The notes beneath the pieces were generated by a model. It made no database searches, was not told the origin of the DNA, and worked only from the letters and a program-made list of their open reading frames with translations. Positions 42,090 to 56,174 of a DNA stretch of 64,000 nucleotides are shown here, piece by piece. Location of the stretch: NCBI GenBank assembly GCA_951406725.2, contig OX597837.1:9114001-9178000 (forward strand). Reading direction: 5' to 3'. The position numbers and the translations under genes were made by a program. Positions within the stretch are counted from its first letter, which is position 1. Every line of letters begins with the position of its first letter. The stretch comes from Octopus vulgaris (Eukaryota).

Positions 42090-42299
42090 CGACAGCCGAT
42101 TGAATAGTTCTTATGCTGACTTAGACAATCTAATGATATGTGAATAAATCTAAATTAGGTTTATTTTTCGACATACTCTCCCCTTGCGGTTCACACACTT
42201 CTTCCATCGCTGTCGCAGTGCGTGGATGCGATTGATGAAGAAGCTTTCATTCTGTTCCTCAAAAAGTCAAGCAACATGACATATGACGTCATCATCATT
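42090..42299 (-). mobile_element. Mariner transposase C-terminal remnant with decayed TIR
   Basis: Minus strand reads NDDDVICHVA*LFEEQNESFFINRIHALRQRWKKCVNRKG/EYVEK* (one stop, one frameshift), the typical mariner RWxKCVxxxGxYVE end. A TA-CGA...AATAGTT TIR-like end is at 42088. Confidence 0.8.
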
Positions 42300-42316
42300 A
42301 CAACACCGGTTCCCAT

Positions 42317-42368
<52 letters not shown>

Positions 42369-42412
42369 ATGAAAGAATGGAGTTGAACGACGATTTAACA
42401 AAATTCCTTTAT

Positions 42413-42493
42413 TCTCGACATATGTTTCAAAGACTGCATATTCCTAATTTCGAAGGAATAAGGGGTGCATTATGCTGCCTTCTCATCAGGAAA
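42413..42493 (-). ncRNA. Type I hammerhead ribozyme-like motif with canonical core and extended stem II
   Basis: Minus strand: TTTC-CTGATGA-GAAGGC...TGCA...TATTCCT(loop)AGGAATA-TGCA-GTCTTT-GAA-ACATATGT-C-GAGA. It has a palindromic ACATATGT helix III and a GUC site at 42417-42419. Confidence 0.72.
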
Positions 42494-42899
42494 GACAAGG
42501 AACTTATGTCAGCATCATGATGAACAAAAACTTTTAGATGACTGCCCACACGGAGTCCATAGCGATAATGAGTGTTTCTTAAAAATATTCCGTTATAAGC
42601 AGTGACGTCAAAAATGGTTGAATTTAGAAGATTTTAGAAAGTTGAAGAGTTCAAACTAGGTTGGAAGAGGAGAGATCTAAGAATAGGAAGGTGACAGGGT
42701 GCAAGTCATATGAATGGTGATGTGTTGTTGTTTGCTTTTGTTAATGAGATTGAGTGCCTATGTGTGTGTATGTACATAACTGCATATATATTTTTTCAGG
42801 CTGTGGTTGGGACAAGCAGAACCACAAAGACACACACACTCACACACTCACACACGTACACACATATATACATATATATATAATGGACTCTCCCATCGC

Positions 42900-43079
42900 A
42901 AATACTGGAGGATCAGTTAATTATGATTTTGCTCAACATATTGCCCTCTGAGATTTGTACACTTCTTGCAACTGTCCTTCAGATTTTCTAAGCTCAGTAA
43001 AAGAACTTAAAAGGTTGGGCCTCCAATTGGGCCCTTCACGACACCCTTAAAGCTGGGAACCTTTCAGAATACCCTTGTA
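42900..43079 (-). mobile_element. Mariner-derived non-autonomous element (partial)
   Basis: Minus strand starts TACAAGGGTATTCTGAAAGGTTCC (mariner-type TIR) and contains LENLKDSCKKCTNLRGQYVE, a transposase C-terminus remnant. Confidence 0.7.
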
Positions 43080-43580
43080 CATATACATATACATATATAT
43101 GTCTATGTGTGTGTTTATGTGTGCGTGTGTGTGTTTGCATACGACGGGCTTCCTTCAGTTTCTGTCAACGAAATACACTGATAAGTCTTTGGGAACGGAT
43201 CGGCGGAATAGTAATATATTTATGAATGGTAGGATAATGGTGGTGCATCTGCTAAGCAACTCAATCAAAAACGAAGGACAAAACGAGCTAAACCATTGTT
43301 TTAGTATCTTTAGTAGTAAGTTAATGACCAACGGGTAGTAGTGTTAGGAGCAGCATTCGTAATAGAATATCGCAGTATAAATCTTCTGTCATCCAAAGTA
43401 TTGTCGGCATCTCAACTGTTGACGTCATAATCTCTATGGAGAGAATGTCGATCTGACAACGACTAGCGTTTCTGCTGCTTTCTAACTGCAGATGCTTCTG
43501 GAAAAGTTTGACATTCAAAGGAAACTTTATGATTGATTCCTGGTTAGGCTTTGTAATTTACTCATACATCATAATCATCA

Positions 43581-43639
<59 letters not shown>

Positions 43640-43650
43640 ATTATTATTAT

Positions 43651-43914
43651 TGAGTGAGAGAGCAGTGCATGCCATCAAAGTGACACTGGGGTAAAATATA
43701 CGAAGCCCAGCATACCCATCATGACTACCCGTCTGATAAAGGTACACCAGGCACATGCATCACAACCATATGTGCGCGACATGGTGATCTCATATCAAGA
43801 TAAACAGCACATGACCTTGCAGGTGGGGCCCAGTTAGAATTTTCTTCAGGTTGAGTAGCCCATCCCGCTCAAAAGGTCCCTGAATAAGGGTTGTTTAAGG
43901 ATGTTGAAAGAACC
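43651..43914 (-). mobile_element. Non-LTR retrotransposon 3' end inserted in (TAA)n, probably Dong/R4 clade
   Basis: A 264-nt block has (TTA)n on both sides. A second copy with the same end (GAGAGAGCAGTGCATGCCATCAAA) abuts (TTA)n at 44787-44866. Dong elements are known to target TAA repeats. Confidence 0.6.
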
Positions 43915-44007
<93 letters not shown>

Positions 44008-44011
44008 TATT

Positions 44012-44228
44012 AAAGCGACGAAGGTAGAATCGTTAGCACGCCGGGTGAATAATACTTAGCGGTATTTCATACGTCATTACGTTCCGAGTTCGAATTCCAG
44101 GCAGGTCGAAATTACCTTTCATCCTTTCGGGGGTCGATAAATTAAGTAACAGCTGAGTACTGGGGTCGATGTAATCGACTAACCCCATCCCTCAAGAATT
44201 CAAGCATTGTGCCTATGGAAGAAAGGAT
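44012..44228 (+). mobile_element. SINE family A monomer
   Basis: AGAATCGTTAGCACGCCGGG head, GAGTTCGAATTCC B box and CCTTTCATCCTTTCGGGGGTCGATAAATTAAGTA core. Confidence 0.85.
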
Positions 44229-44727
44229 TATTATTATTATTAATTTCCTATACACTCACCAGATTTTGTTGTTATTTTTTCAAAGTTTATTGACAGTTTT
44301 GTTTGTTTGTTTTGTTTCCCGAACCCCTTTTGGTGTACAGAAGAGGCTCTTTTGTTGAAAATTTCTCCCTTTTAGGGGTGAATTTTGGGCTTTTTGTCCA
44401 TTTACAAAACTTTTTGTCTCTCGTTTAACAAAAAAACAAGATGACTTCTGTCGAGGGGAGTGGCAGTGGCTGTTCTGACGGCCTGTACAAAAACCCAAGA
44501 AAATATAACAAACCAAGAAATCACCACTGTAAATGAAAGGAGGGAAAAAAAAGAATGACACTGACACCCCAAACACGAACAGCAACAAATCTAGCGGCAA
44601 CGGTTTCGCCTCGGCGGCAAAGCAGACGAAAGAAATGTTGAATTTAACAACAAATGGTATACAAAATGGAAAGGGTTTGTTAAGGAAGGAAAGAAACACT
44701 GTCTTCCTGATTATTATAATTATTATA

Positions 44728-44787
<60 letters not shown>

Positions 44788-44866
44788 GTGTGAGAGAGCA
44801 GTGCATGCCATCAAAATGACAGTTGGTGTAAAATATATGAAGCCCAGTATACCCAGCATGACTACC

Positions 44867-45508
44867 AGAATCGTCAGCACATCGGGCGAAATGCTCATCG
44901 GTATTTCGCCCGTGGCTACAATCTGAATTCAAACCCCGCCTAGGTCGAGTTTGCCTTTCATCCTTTCGGGGTCGATAAATTAAGTACCAGTTACGCACTG
45001 GGTCGATATAATCGATTTAATCCGTTTGTCTGTCCTTGTTTGTCCTCTCTGTGTTTAGCCCCTTGTTGGTTGTAAAGAAATAGGTATTTCACCCGTGGCT
45101 ACAATCTGAGTTCAAATTCCACCGAGGTCGACTTTGCCTTTCATCCTTTCAGGGTCGATAAAATAGGAACAGGTGAGCACTGGCGTTGATGTAATCGGCT
45201 TAGCCTCTACCCCGTAATTGCTGGCCTTGTGCCAAAATTTGAAACCAATTTTATTATCATAATTAATATCATATGAAAGAGGGCGAGTTGGAGAATTGTT
45301 AGCACGCCGGGCAGAATGCTTAGCGACACCTTATCCATTTTTACATCCTGAGTTTTTTACTTAGGTTGACGTTGTTTTTTATCCTTTCAAGATCGATAAA
45401 TTAAGTATCAATTAAACACTAGGGGTGATGTAATCGACTAGTCCCCCCCCCCCACCAAAAAGAAAAAATATCAAAAACAAATAAGGGTTTGTTCCTATAG
45501 TATAAAGA
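44867..45508 (+). mobile_element. SINE family A two-module copy (44867-45247) plus a diverged monomer (45278-45508)
   Basis: GGTATTTC-CCCGTGGCTACAATCTGA occurs twice (44900 and 45083). A third head GGCGAGTTGGAGAATTGTTAGCACGCCGGG follows. Confidence 0.85.
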
Positions 45509-45804
45509 ATTATTATTATTATTGTGGGAAACGAACGCATATATTGGTTGTTAGAGCTGCTAGAAATTACAGTCATGACTGCATCAAATCGATCTCTGTC
45601 GTTCTTAAAAGTGAAGGAGATATTTTAGAGCGTGGTTTAAGCACATCCGGCCTTGTTCTAAAAGGTTATCTCCTTACCTGTCGCTGCTGGAATCCTTTGA
45701 TCCAAAGTCAGCTCATTTAGTATTGTCTTGGAGCCGAAGGAAAAATAATGTTCAAACACATCTTCAGCATTATTATAATCTTACTCTCTGCACCCTTTGT
45801 CCTC

Positions 45805-48119
45805 ACCATCACCACCACCACCACAACAACAACAACAACCATCAGCACCTCCACCTCTACAACCACAACCACAATCACCACCACCACAACCACAATTAGC
45901 ACCACCACCACCACCACAACCACCACAATCACCACCACCACCACCAATACAACCACCACAATCACCACCACCATCACCACCACCACCACCACAACCACAC
46001 CACCACCACCACCACAACCACAACTACAACCACCACAACCACAACCACAATCCCAACCACAATCACCACCACCACCACCACCACCACCACTACAACCACA
46101 ACAACCACCATCACAACCACAACCACAATCACCACCACCACAACCACAATCACAACCACCACAACCACAATTAGCACCACAACCACCACAATCACCACCA
46201 CCATCACCACCACAACCACCACAATCACCACCACCACCACTACAACCACAACTTCAACCACCATCACAACCACAAACACAATCAACGCCACTACCACAAC
46301 CTCCACCACCACCACCACAACCACAATCACCACCACCATCACCACCACAATCATCACCACCACCACTACAACCACAACTACAACCACCCAACCCCACCTC
46401 CACCACCACCACCACCACCACCACCACCACCACCACCACCACCACAACCACAATTACTACCACCCAACCTCCACCACCACCACCACCACCACCATCACAA
46501 CCATCACAACCATCACAACCTCCACCACCACCACCACAACCACAACCACAACCTCCACCACCACCACCACAACCACAATCACCACCACCACCACCACTAC
46601 AACCACAATTACTACCACCCAACCTCCACCACCACCATCACAACCATCACAACCATCACAACCACTACCACAACCACCACCACCACAACCACCACAACCA
46701 CAACTACCACCCAACCTCCACCACCACCACCATCACAACCATCACAACCACAACCACAACCACCACCACCACAACCACCACAATCACCACCACCATCACC
46801 ACCACAATCATCACCACCACCACTACAACCACAACTACAACCACCCAACCTCCACCACCACCACCACAACCACAAACACAACCTCCACCACCACCACCAC
46901 CACAACCACATCACCACCACCACCACCCACAACCACAATCACCACCACCACCACCACTACAACCACAATTACTACCACCCAACCTCCACCACCACCACCA
47001 CCACCACCACCACCACCACCACCACCACAACAACACCACCACCACCACCATCACAACCATCACAACCACAACCACCACCACCACCACCACCACCACCACC
47101 ACAACCACCACCACCACCACCATCACAACCATCACAACCACAACCACAACCTCCACCACCACCACAACCACCACCACCACCACCACCACCACCACCACCA
47201 CCACCACCACCACCACCACCACCACCACCACCACCACCACCACCACCACCACCACCACCATCACAACCACCACCACACACCACCACCACCACCACCACCC
47301 ACCACCACCACCATCACAACCACCACCACCACCACAACCACCACCATCACAACCACCACCACCACCACCACCACCACCACCACCACCACCACCACCACCA
47401 CCACCACCACCACCACACCACCACCACCACCACCACCACCACCATCACAACCACCACCACCACCACCACCACCACCACCACCACCACCACCACCACCATC
47501 ACAACCACCACCACCACCACCACCATCACAACCACCACCACCACCACAACCACCACCATCACAACCACCACCACAACCACCACCACCACCACAACCACCA
47601 CCACCACCACCACCACCACCACCACCACCACCACCATCACAACCACCACCACCACCACAACCACCACCATCACAACCACCACCACCACCACAACCACCAC
47701 CATCACAACCACCACCACCACCACACCACCACCACCACCACCACCACCATCACCACCACCACCACCACCACCACCACCATCACAACCACCACCACCACCA
47801 CAACCACCACCACCACCACCATCACAACCACCACCACCACCACACCACCACCACCACCACCACCACCACCACCACCACCACCACCACCACCACCACCACC
47901 ACCACCACCATCACAACCACCACCACCACCACAACCACCACCATCACAACCACCACCACCACCACAACCACCACCACCACCACCACCACCACCATCACAA
48001 CCACCACCACCACCACAACCACCACCACCACCACAACCACCACCATCACAACCACCACCACCACCACAACCACCACCACCACCACCACCACCACCACCAC
48101 CCAACCTCCACCACCACCA
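45805..48119. repeat. About 2.3-kb (CCA)n/(ACA)n/(TCA)n satellite-like tract
   Basis: Direct observation. The plus strand is almost devoid of G. Confidence 0.97.
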
Positions 48120-48171
48120 AAGAGCAGTTCAGCGTCAAGAACTGCAGAGAGCTGTCAAAAGTACGTATTCG

Positions 48172-48370
48172 TTTATTCTTTTACTAGTTCCAGTCATTTA
48201 ACTAGGGCCATGCTGGAGCACCATCTGTAGTCGAGCAAATCAACCCTAGGACTTATACTTTGTAAACCCAATACTTATTCTATCGCAATCTTTTGCCGAA
48301 CCGTTAGGTTACAGGGACGTAAACACACCAGCACCAATTGTCAAGCGATGCTGTGTGAGACAAACCCAGA
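48172..48370 (-). mobile_element. SINE family B, 3' half
   Basis: GGCCATGCTGGAGCACC...TACTTATTCTATCG...TTTTGCCGAACCG...GTAAACACACCAGCA. Confidence 0.85.
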
Positions 48371-48403
48371 CACACACACACGCACACACTCACACACACA
48401 CAT

Positions 48404-48434
<31 letters not shown>

Positions 48435-49102
48435 CACATATAGATCTGTATATGTGTATGTATATATTATATATCTATGCATGTACATACACACACACGT
48501 TGATATATATTTACATATATGTATGTATGTATGTATGTGTGTATGTATGTATGTATGTATGTATGTATGTATGTGTGTATGTATGTATGTATGTATGTGT
48601 GTATGGGTGTGTGTGTTTGTATGTGTGTGCGTGTATGTGTGTGTGTATGGGCGAAATTAACGAGTGTCGTGCTTGCAATGCCGATCATCACAGCTTATCT
48701 CTCCATTGACTCGGCATTAAACAACAGAAGAAGAATGGAAAAAGAAAATACACTTTGGAGTGGCGATACACAAAGACCACAAGTGCAAGCCTTCCAGCGG
48801 CTCTGATTTAGGCATAAAATAATCACCAATAAAGATCTGAGTGTAAGGGAGTGCAGGCGTTCAGCCACATTTTAATGCTTCTTTTCTGGGTTTGAACAAT
48901 TTCTCATTTGCATTCTCGCAATAAAACTTGCTGGCAGCAAACTATAAAATTATTACGTTCAATTATAACTGATAGCAAATCTCTTTGTAAGGACCCGAAG
49001 GGCAATTGGACCGGCGTACATCTATTCTGCTTAATTCAAGCACACACCGATGTCTTAGTGTGCGTGGGTTTCGTATATATATATACATACATTTATACAT
49101 AC

Positions 49103-49185
<83 letters not shown>

Positions 49186-49198
49186 TACATATATATAT

Positions 49199-49235
<37 letters not shown>

Positions 49236-49245
49236 AATATATACA

Positions 49246-49293
<48 letters not shown>

Positions 49294-49785
49294 ACACATA
49301 TGTATGTATTTATATTTATGTATGTATGTAGGTATATATATATCTGTGCAATGAACTAGTAGATTGATGCATGTATAGATGCAAACATTTTTTTCGCAAA
49401 TTTGATAGAGAATACAAAGAAAGTCAACAGAATTATATGGAATTGTTTTGAGGTAAAATAACAAAAAAAGCAAAAAAGAAAGAAAAAAAATGTACGTGGA
49501 ACTGGCCTGGAAGTAATAAAACAGAAGTATATATAAGATAAAAGGATCGGAGTATAATAAAGAAGGAACGTCATCAAAAGAAAAGAAATTCTGTGAATCA
49601 CTGAAGAGGTAGAGTTTGAGGGGAGATAAATATTGAATAGCGATAAGATAGCGGAGCGAGAGAGGAATGATGTGAGTGCGAGGGGAAAGGAATGAGAGGA
49701 AAGTAAGGAGAGAGTGAGCGAGACAGAGTTAGAGGGAGAGATTAAATGGTGGCAAAACAAAAGGAACTTGTTTTGCAGTATAGAA

Positions 49786-49820
<35 letters not shown>

Positions 49821-50356
49821 GAACGTAGGGAAAGAGATAAATATTTGTGGTAAATAGAGATACAGAGACGTTGTTCTCATATACGTATATGTATGTATGT
49901 ATGCATGTGTGTATGTATATATGTATGTATGTATGTATGTATATATGTATGTATGTATGTATGTTTGTATGTATGTATGTATTTATGTATGTATGTGTGT
50001 ATGTATGTATGTTTGTATACATGTAGGTTTATGTTGTTCGGTTGAATATACAAACGAGAGGATAAGGAACTAGATACATTGTGTAGATTGATGTCTTTCT
50101 GTCTGTCTGTCTGTTTGTCTATCTATCTGTTTCTTTTCTTTCTACATCTGTGTGTGTTTGTGTGTTTATGTATATATATATATGTGTGTATGTACGGACT
50201 AATATGCATATATTTGTGCTTATATATATGTATGTGTGTGTGTGTCTACAGACATGTACATACTCATACACATACATATATAGAAAGAGATGTGTATATT
50301 TAGATTTCTAAGTTTGGATGTACACATGTATATGTATGTGTATATGTATATGTAAG

Positions 50357-50531
<175 letters not shown>

Positions 50532-51848
50532 TACATATATATAAAACTAGATATATGTACCGAGACAGAGAGAGTGAGAGGAGAAGGAATCGGTGTGCGA
50601 GATGGAGAGATAGAGAGCATGGAAGAGTAATGCTCAGCTCAGTGAGGAGGAAGATACTGGTGTTCTGGAAATATAGCTAAGAAGATGAGAATGGAAAGCA
50701 CAGAAAACTAGTAAGGCGACACTGAAGAGCGTAGAGGAGGAAAAAATATCTGGAAATAATGAAAAGATATTTAATGTGGTTTCACATAACATATCTATAC
50801 TGACGAACGTATGTTAGTTAATCGATGAAACGTATCTAGAAGAAGAATGCCTATTGTTACAGAAAAAGGATATCTCTATATCTAATAACATACAATTATC
50901 AACGAAGCATTGCAACAAAGCAACCTATATTGACATGCCTATTCAAGTGTACGCAGTCACTTGACTCTCTAGATATAGCAGTCAAATAACCATCGAAATA
51001 AAAACACTACCGTATTAAAAATATAGGGACACGTTCAAAGATTTAGTAATTAACGCAGGAAGAATAAGAAGTGTTATTTTTCGTTTATTTACGTTTTGTC
51101 TTCCATTTCTTTCAGATATTTGGAGTGCGGCCATGCTGGGATACCGTTTGAATGGGTTTTATAAGGGATTTTTGAAGGGCTCTTTTTTTTTTTAATCGAT
51201 CCTTGTCCATTTTTGTATCTTTTGAAGTCTGGTAATTATTTTATCGGTGTCTTTTGCGCCGAACTAGAGGCGTCAACAAAATAACATCAGTTGTCAATCG
51301 ATGAAACACATACACAAACATATACACACACAAACGCAAGCACACACATGCACACACACATATATATATACACATATACCCATACACACATACACATTTA
51401 CACGCACATATATATGTGCAGACACACACAGATATATGAATATATACATATGCACACACATGAACACTCGTTCGCATACATAGGACGGTATAGTAACAAC
51501 GTTGCTTGCTAAACGCATGGGTCAAAATTCAGTTCCGCTGCGTAGTAGATTGGACAAATGAATGGTGGCGATAGAGAAACATTGTTTGGGAAGGAGGTGA
51601 ATAAATCTGCTGACCATAGAACATGGAAGCAGAACTGGGAGACAGAGAAACAAAACAGGACAACGTGCAACCTGACAGACTGGAAGAGAACTCCTTTGGA
51701 GATAAGATCTAAAAGCGATGCTCACAGTGAGATGGGAATAGAAAAAAATAACGTGGTATATACTGAGCCACGTATGTATCTATGTATGTATGTATGTATG
51801 TATGTATGTATGTATGTATGTATGTATGTATGTATGTATGTATGTATG

Positions 51849-51943
<95 letters not shown>

Positions 51944-51949
51944 TTATCC

Positions 51950-51986
<37 letters not shown>

Positions 51987-51991
51987 CTTTA

Positions 51992-52083
51992 TTTTAAGCA
52001 GCAGAAAATTCAACAAAATCTGTTACTCTGAGTAACGAGAAACTCAGAGTAACAGATTTTGTTGAATTTTCTGCTGCTTAAAA
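51992..52083. repeat. Perfect 42-bp hairpin with 8-nt loop
   Basis: TTTTAAGCAGCAGAAAATTCAACAAAATCTGTTACTCTGAGT (51992-52033) and its exact reverse complement (52042-52083). Confidence 0.95.
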
Positions 52084-52157
52084 TAAAGCATATTACTCTA
52101 CCACTGGTATTTGAGTACTCTTTTTTCCACCTTGTTTCACATTTATGTGTTTACTCC

Positions 52158-52214
<57 letters not shown>

Positions 52215-52275
52215 CTATCAATGTTGATGACCGCTAAATTTATACCTTTTTTTCTTTGTTTATTTTCTCTAACTC

Positions 52276-52311
52276 CTTTTTGTTGAAGAGCATTGGCTCG
52301 AAACGTAAAAG
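52276..52311 (+). ncRNA. Degenerate loop-less minimal hammerhead-like motif in a PLE remnant
   Basis: CTTT-TTGTTGA-A-GAGC(attg)GCTC-GAAAC-GTA-AAAG. Same family as 23551-23588. Confidence 0.5.
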
Positions 52312-52816
52312 ACTTTTTTCATTTTCCCGATCGTCAAGCTTAATACACCTGCTTGCTGTATTAAGACCAAGACACGTGTCTTGTTCTTTTGTTTTACCAT
52401 ATATTTCAACTATATATATGCTCGTGCTTGTGTGTACGTATACATGTATGTTTTTAAAGCTTATACCTAGCAACAAATAAATACCAGGCAAGTCGGGATT
52501 AACTTGGGGTCAAGAATAAAACAACTAATTATAGTAACAATAGCACCTCATGAAAGACACCTATTCTGTCAGTCTCATGTTTTCTTCTGGTGAACTCGGT
52601 ACGTTAGTGAATAACGGACCCTAAAGAGCTGCATTGACAAATAACAGCAAGAAGCACACATAACAGTGTGCAGTTGAAGCAGCTGACACGCAGCTGACTA
52701 CAGCATATAACGGCATAATAAATTTATAGATGTGGAAAATCTCCGTTCTCTTGACTTTTACGAATATATGTATGGGCGTGCGTGTGTACATATATATATG
52801 TGCATTATATATACAC

Positions 52817-52858
<42 letters not shown>

Positions 52859-52977
52859 CTACATACGTACACACGCCCATAAATATATATATATACGTAT
52901 ACAGTACTATATACAAATGCATATACTCCCTAATTTTCGCGTTTTAAACACATACTACATTCCGTAATTCCAAAATC

Positions 52978-53355
52978 TTTTCTACTCTAGGCACAAGAGG
53001 CCAGAAATTTGGGGGAAGAGGGTCAGTCGATTAGATCGACCCCAGTACGTAAGAGGTACATAATTTATCGACTCCAAAAGAATGAAAAGCAAAGTCGACC
53101 TAGGCGGAATTTGAACTCAGAACATAAAGACAGATAAAATACCTATTTCTTTACTACCCACAAGGAGCTAAACACAGAGTGGACAAACAAGGATAGACAA
53201 ACGGATTAAGTCAATGATATCGACCCCAGTGCGTACCTGGTACTTATTTGATCGACCTCGAAAGGATGAAAGGCACAGTCGACCTCGCCGGAATTTGAAC
53301 TCAAAACGTAGCGGCAGACAAAATACCTTAAGCATTTCGCCTGGCGTGCTGACAC
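52978..53355 (-). mobile_element. SINE family A two-module copy
   Basis: Two GTCGACCT-G-CGGAATTTGAACTCA cores (about 53094 and 53278), with a head at about 53330-53355. Confidence 0.88.
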
Positions 53356-53954
53356 TTCTATATTTACAAACACACATATATATATATATACGCACGCACA
53401 TTCACGCGCACATATATCTATATAGTACCATATACAAATGCGTATACACCCTAACATTCGTGCTCTAAACACATACTACATTCCCTACTACCATATTCTG
53501 CCGCGTTAATACGAACCAAATATCATTGAAGCATCCATTAGCGTTTACTGTCACTTTCCTATTGTACCGTTTCAAATACTTTCAGATTTTTTTCTAGGTA
53601 GGCTTATGGTTGACTATTTTTTCGTTTTTTGTTGTCGCAAATCCTCAGATTTAAGAAGAAATAAAACAGTGTCGGAAGCCTTCTCTCATGTGATACAAAA
53701 ATTCTTAGAACAGATATCTGCTAATGTTGCTTCCAGCAGATCTTAAGAGCGTCTTAGGGAAGTTGGTATGAACTAAAGGGAACAGCAGTGTTAGCATTAA
53801 ACCTAACGACCGGGTATGTTTAGCAGTTTGGAACAAGAACAAACCGCCGACTCTGTCAAGTTTAACTCACAAAAGCGTTTATTGACATGGGGTTAAGGAA
53901 GAATAAAACTTTTAAATGCTCCTGGCATTTAATCGAACACCAAATTTTCACCTT

Positions 53955-54054
<100 letters not shown>

Positions 54055-54062
54055 ACTGCCTA

Positions 54063-54117
<55 letters not shown>

Positions 54118-54137
54118 GTATGTCTATCTATGTATCT

Positions 54138-54228
<91 letters not shown>

Positions 54229-54619
54229 CATCTATCTATGTATCCATCCATCTATCTATTTATCCGCCCATCTATCTACATCTCTCTCTATGTATGTATG
54301 TGGGTATGTATGCATGTATGTATGTATGTATGTATCTATCTATCTATCGATCGATAGAGTGGTCTATATAGGTTTCGTTTATGCTTGTCTTTTAGTAGGT
54401 GCCATTGTGGTTCCGTTATTTTTGGTGCATATATAAGAATGTGTATGTGTGTGTATGTGTGTGTATGTGTGTGCCTCTGTATGCAGATAGGAAGTGAAAG
54501 AGGGTGACGCAATGAGAATAAAACAGGTTAAGTCAGGGAATCGGTAGATGTGACTGTATCAATATCATTGCGTGTGTTTTCGAAATAACGAGAGTGCGAT
54601 AATATATTTAGATATGTGG

Positions 54620-55068
54620 AAGTGGAGGCGGCGGCGGCGGCGGCGGCGGTGGTGGTAGTGTTGGTGGTGGTGATGGTGGTGGAGTTCGTGGTGTTGCTGG
54701 TGGTGCTGGTGGTGCTGGTGCTGTTGGTGCTGGTGGTGCTGGTGCTGGTAGTGGTGGTAGTGGTGGTGGTGATGATAGTGGTGGTGGTGGTGGTGGTGGT
54801 GGTGGTGGTGATGGTGGTGGTGGTGGTGGTGGTGGTAGTGGTGGTGGTAGTGGTGGTGGTATTGGTGTTGGTAGTGGCGGTTGTGGTGGCGGCGGTGGTG
54901 GTGGTGGTGGTGGTGATGATAGCGGTGGTGGTGGTGGTGGTAGTGGTGGTGGTGGTGGCGGTTGTGGTGGCGGCGGTGGTGGTGGTGGTGGTGGTGATGA
55001 TAGCGGTGGTGGTGGTGGTGGTAGTGGTGGTGGTGGTGGTGGTGGCGGTTTGTGGTGGTGGTGGTGGT
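54620..55068. repeat. (GGT)n low-complexity tract with an internal duplication of about 80 nt
   Basis: The block GTGGCGGTTGTGGTGGCGGCGGTGGTG...ATGATAGCGG is present twice (about 54874 and 54955). Confidence 0.95.
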
Positions 55069-55150
55069 AGATCTGTGTAACGAGAGAGTGATAGTGTGAG
55101 AGGGAGAGAAATGCATAATCACAAGAGAGGGGTTTTGGTGATTGCGTGCA

Positions 55151-55187
<37 letters not shown>

Positions 55188-55500
55188 TTGTACGTTTAAT
55201 AAATCACTTATCAAGGCTTACACTATACACACATATGTCCATCGATAAAAAAATACAGAGAATTAATATAAAAAGAGAAGAATAGATGGTAATCTGAATA
55301 TATATAGGCAAATATGCAATTATGGATGTATGTGTTTATATGCGTGTGTGTGTGTGCGTGCATATATATATATATGTGTGTGTGTGTGTGTCTACGTGTG
55401 TGTATGCGCGTATGAATATGCATGTATATATGTATATATATCTGAGAATTTCCAGAAGCATATAACTTATGAATGCACATGTGTACATACTGACATACAT

Positions 55501-55592
<92 letters not shown>

Positions 55593-56174
55593 CACATACA
55601 TATATATATATAAACACATATATACAAGCATACTTATATATATATATATATATATATATAATCATACATGTATGTATAAATATATGTGTTTGTGTGTGGT
55701 ATGTGTGTGAACGCGATTGTATGTATACGTACGAATATATATATAACCTATGCTTTTATATGTACGTAGATATTTTTTGACGCATAATTACAAATATATA
55801 TACAAGTATATGACAATATGACTGTGTAACTATACACACTAACTACCAGCTCTCCAAATAAAACTCACTCAGGTTTACATACTTCACAAATACATGCACG
55901 TATACACACACACACACACACACATATGGACACGCACATACACACATGCTCAGAAGCTTACAGAACCACCCCCGTATTTAACACACCCTTCTACACTATA
56001 TATATTAACATATAAATACATATAATGTACATTATAACGGATACACGATCACTAATAATGTCCGAACAAAACACTTCACAAACAGACTACTATATATTAT
56101 AATTACGAATTCATAAAATTTTTTTACAGGTTTTCTAATTGCTTGATATAGTAATTATATTAAAGGTTTTTCCT

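Noticed and set aside
44280-44700. Non-repetitive island with 139-aa and 86-aa ORFs
   Set aside because: There is no recognisable domain, the sequence is biased by A/T runs, and there are no consistent splice signals. It could be regulatory but that is unsupported.
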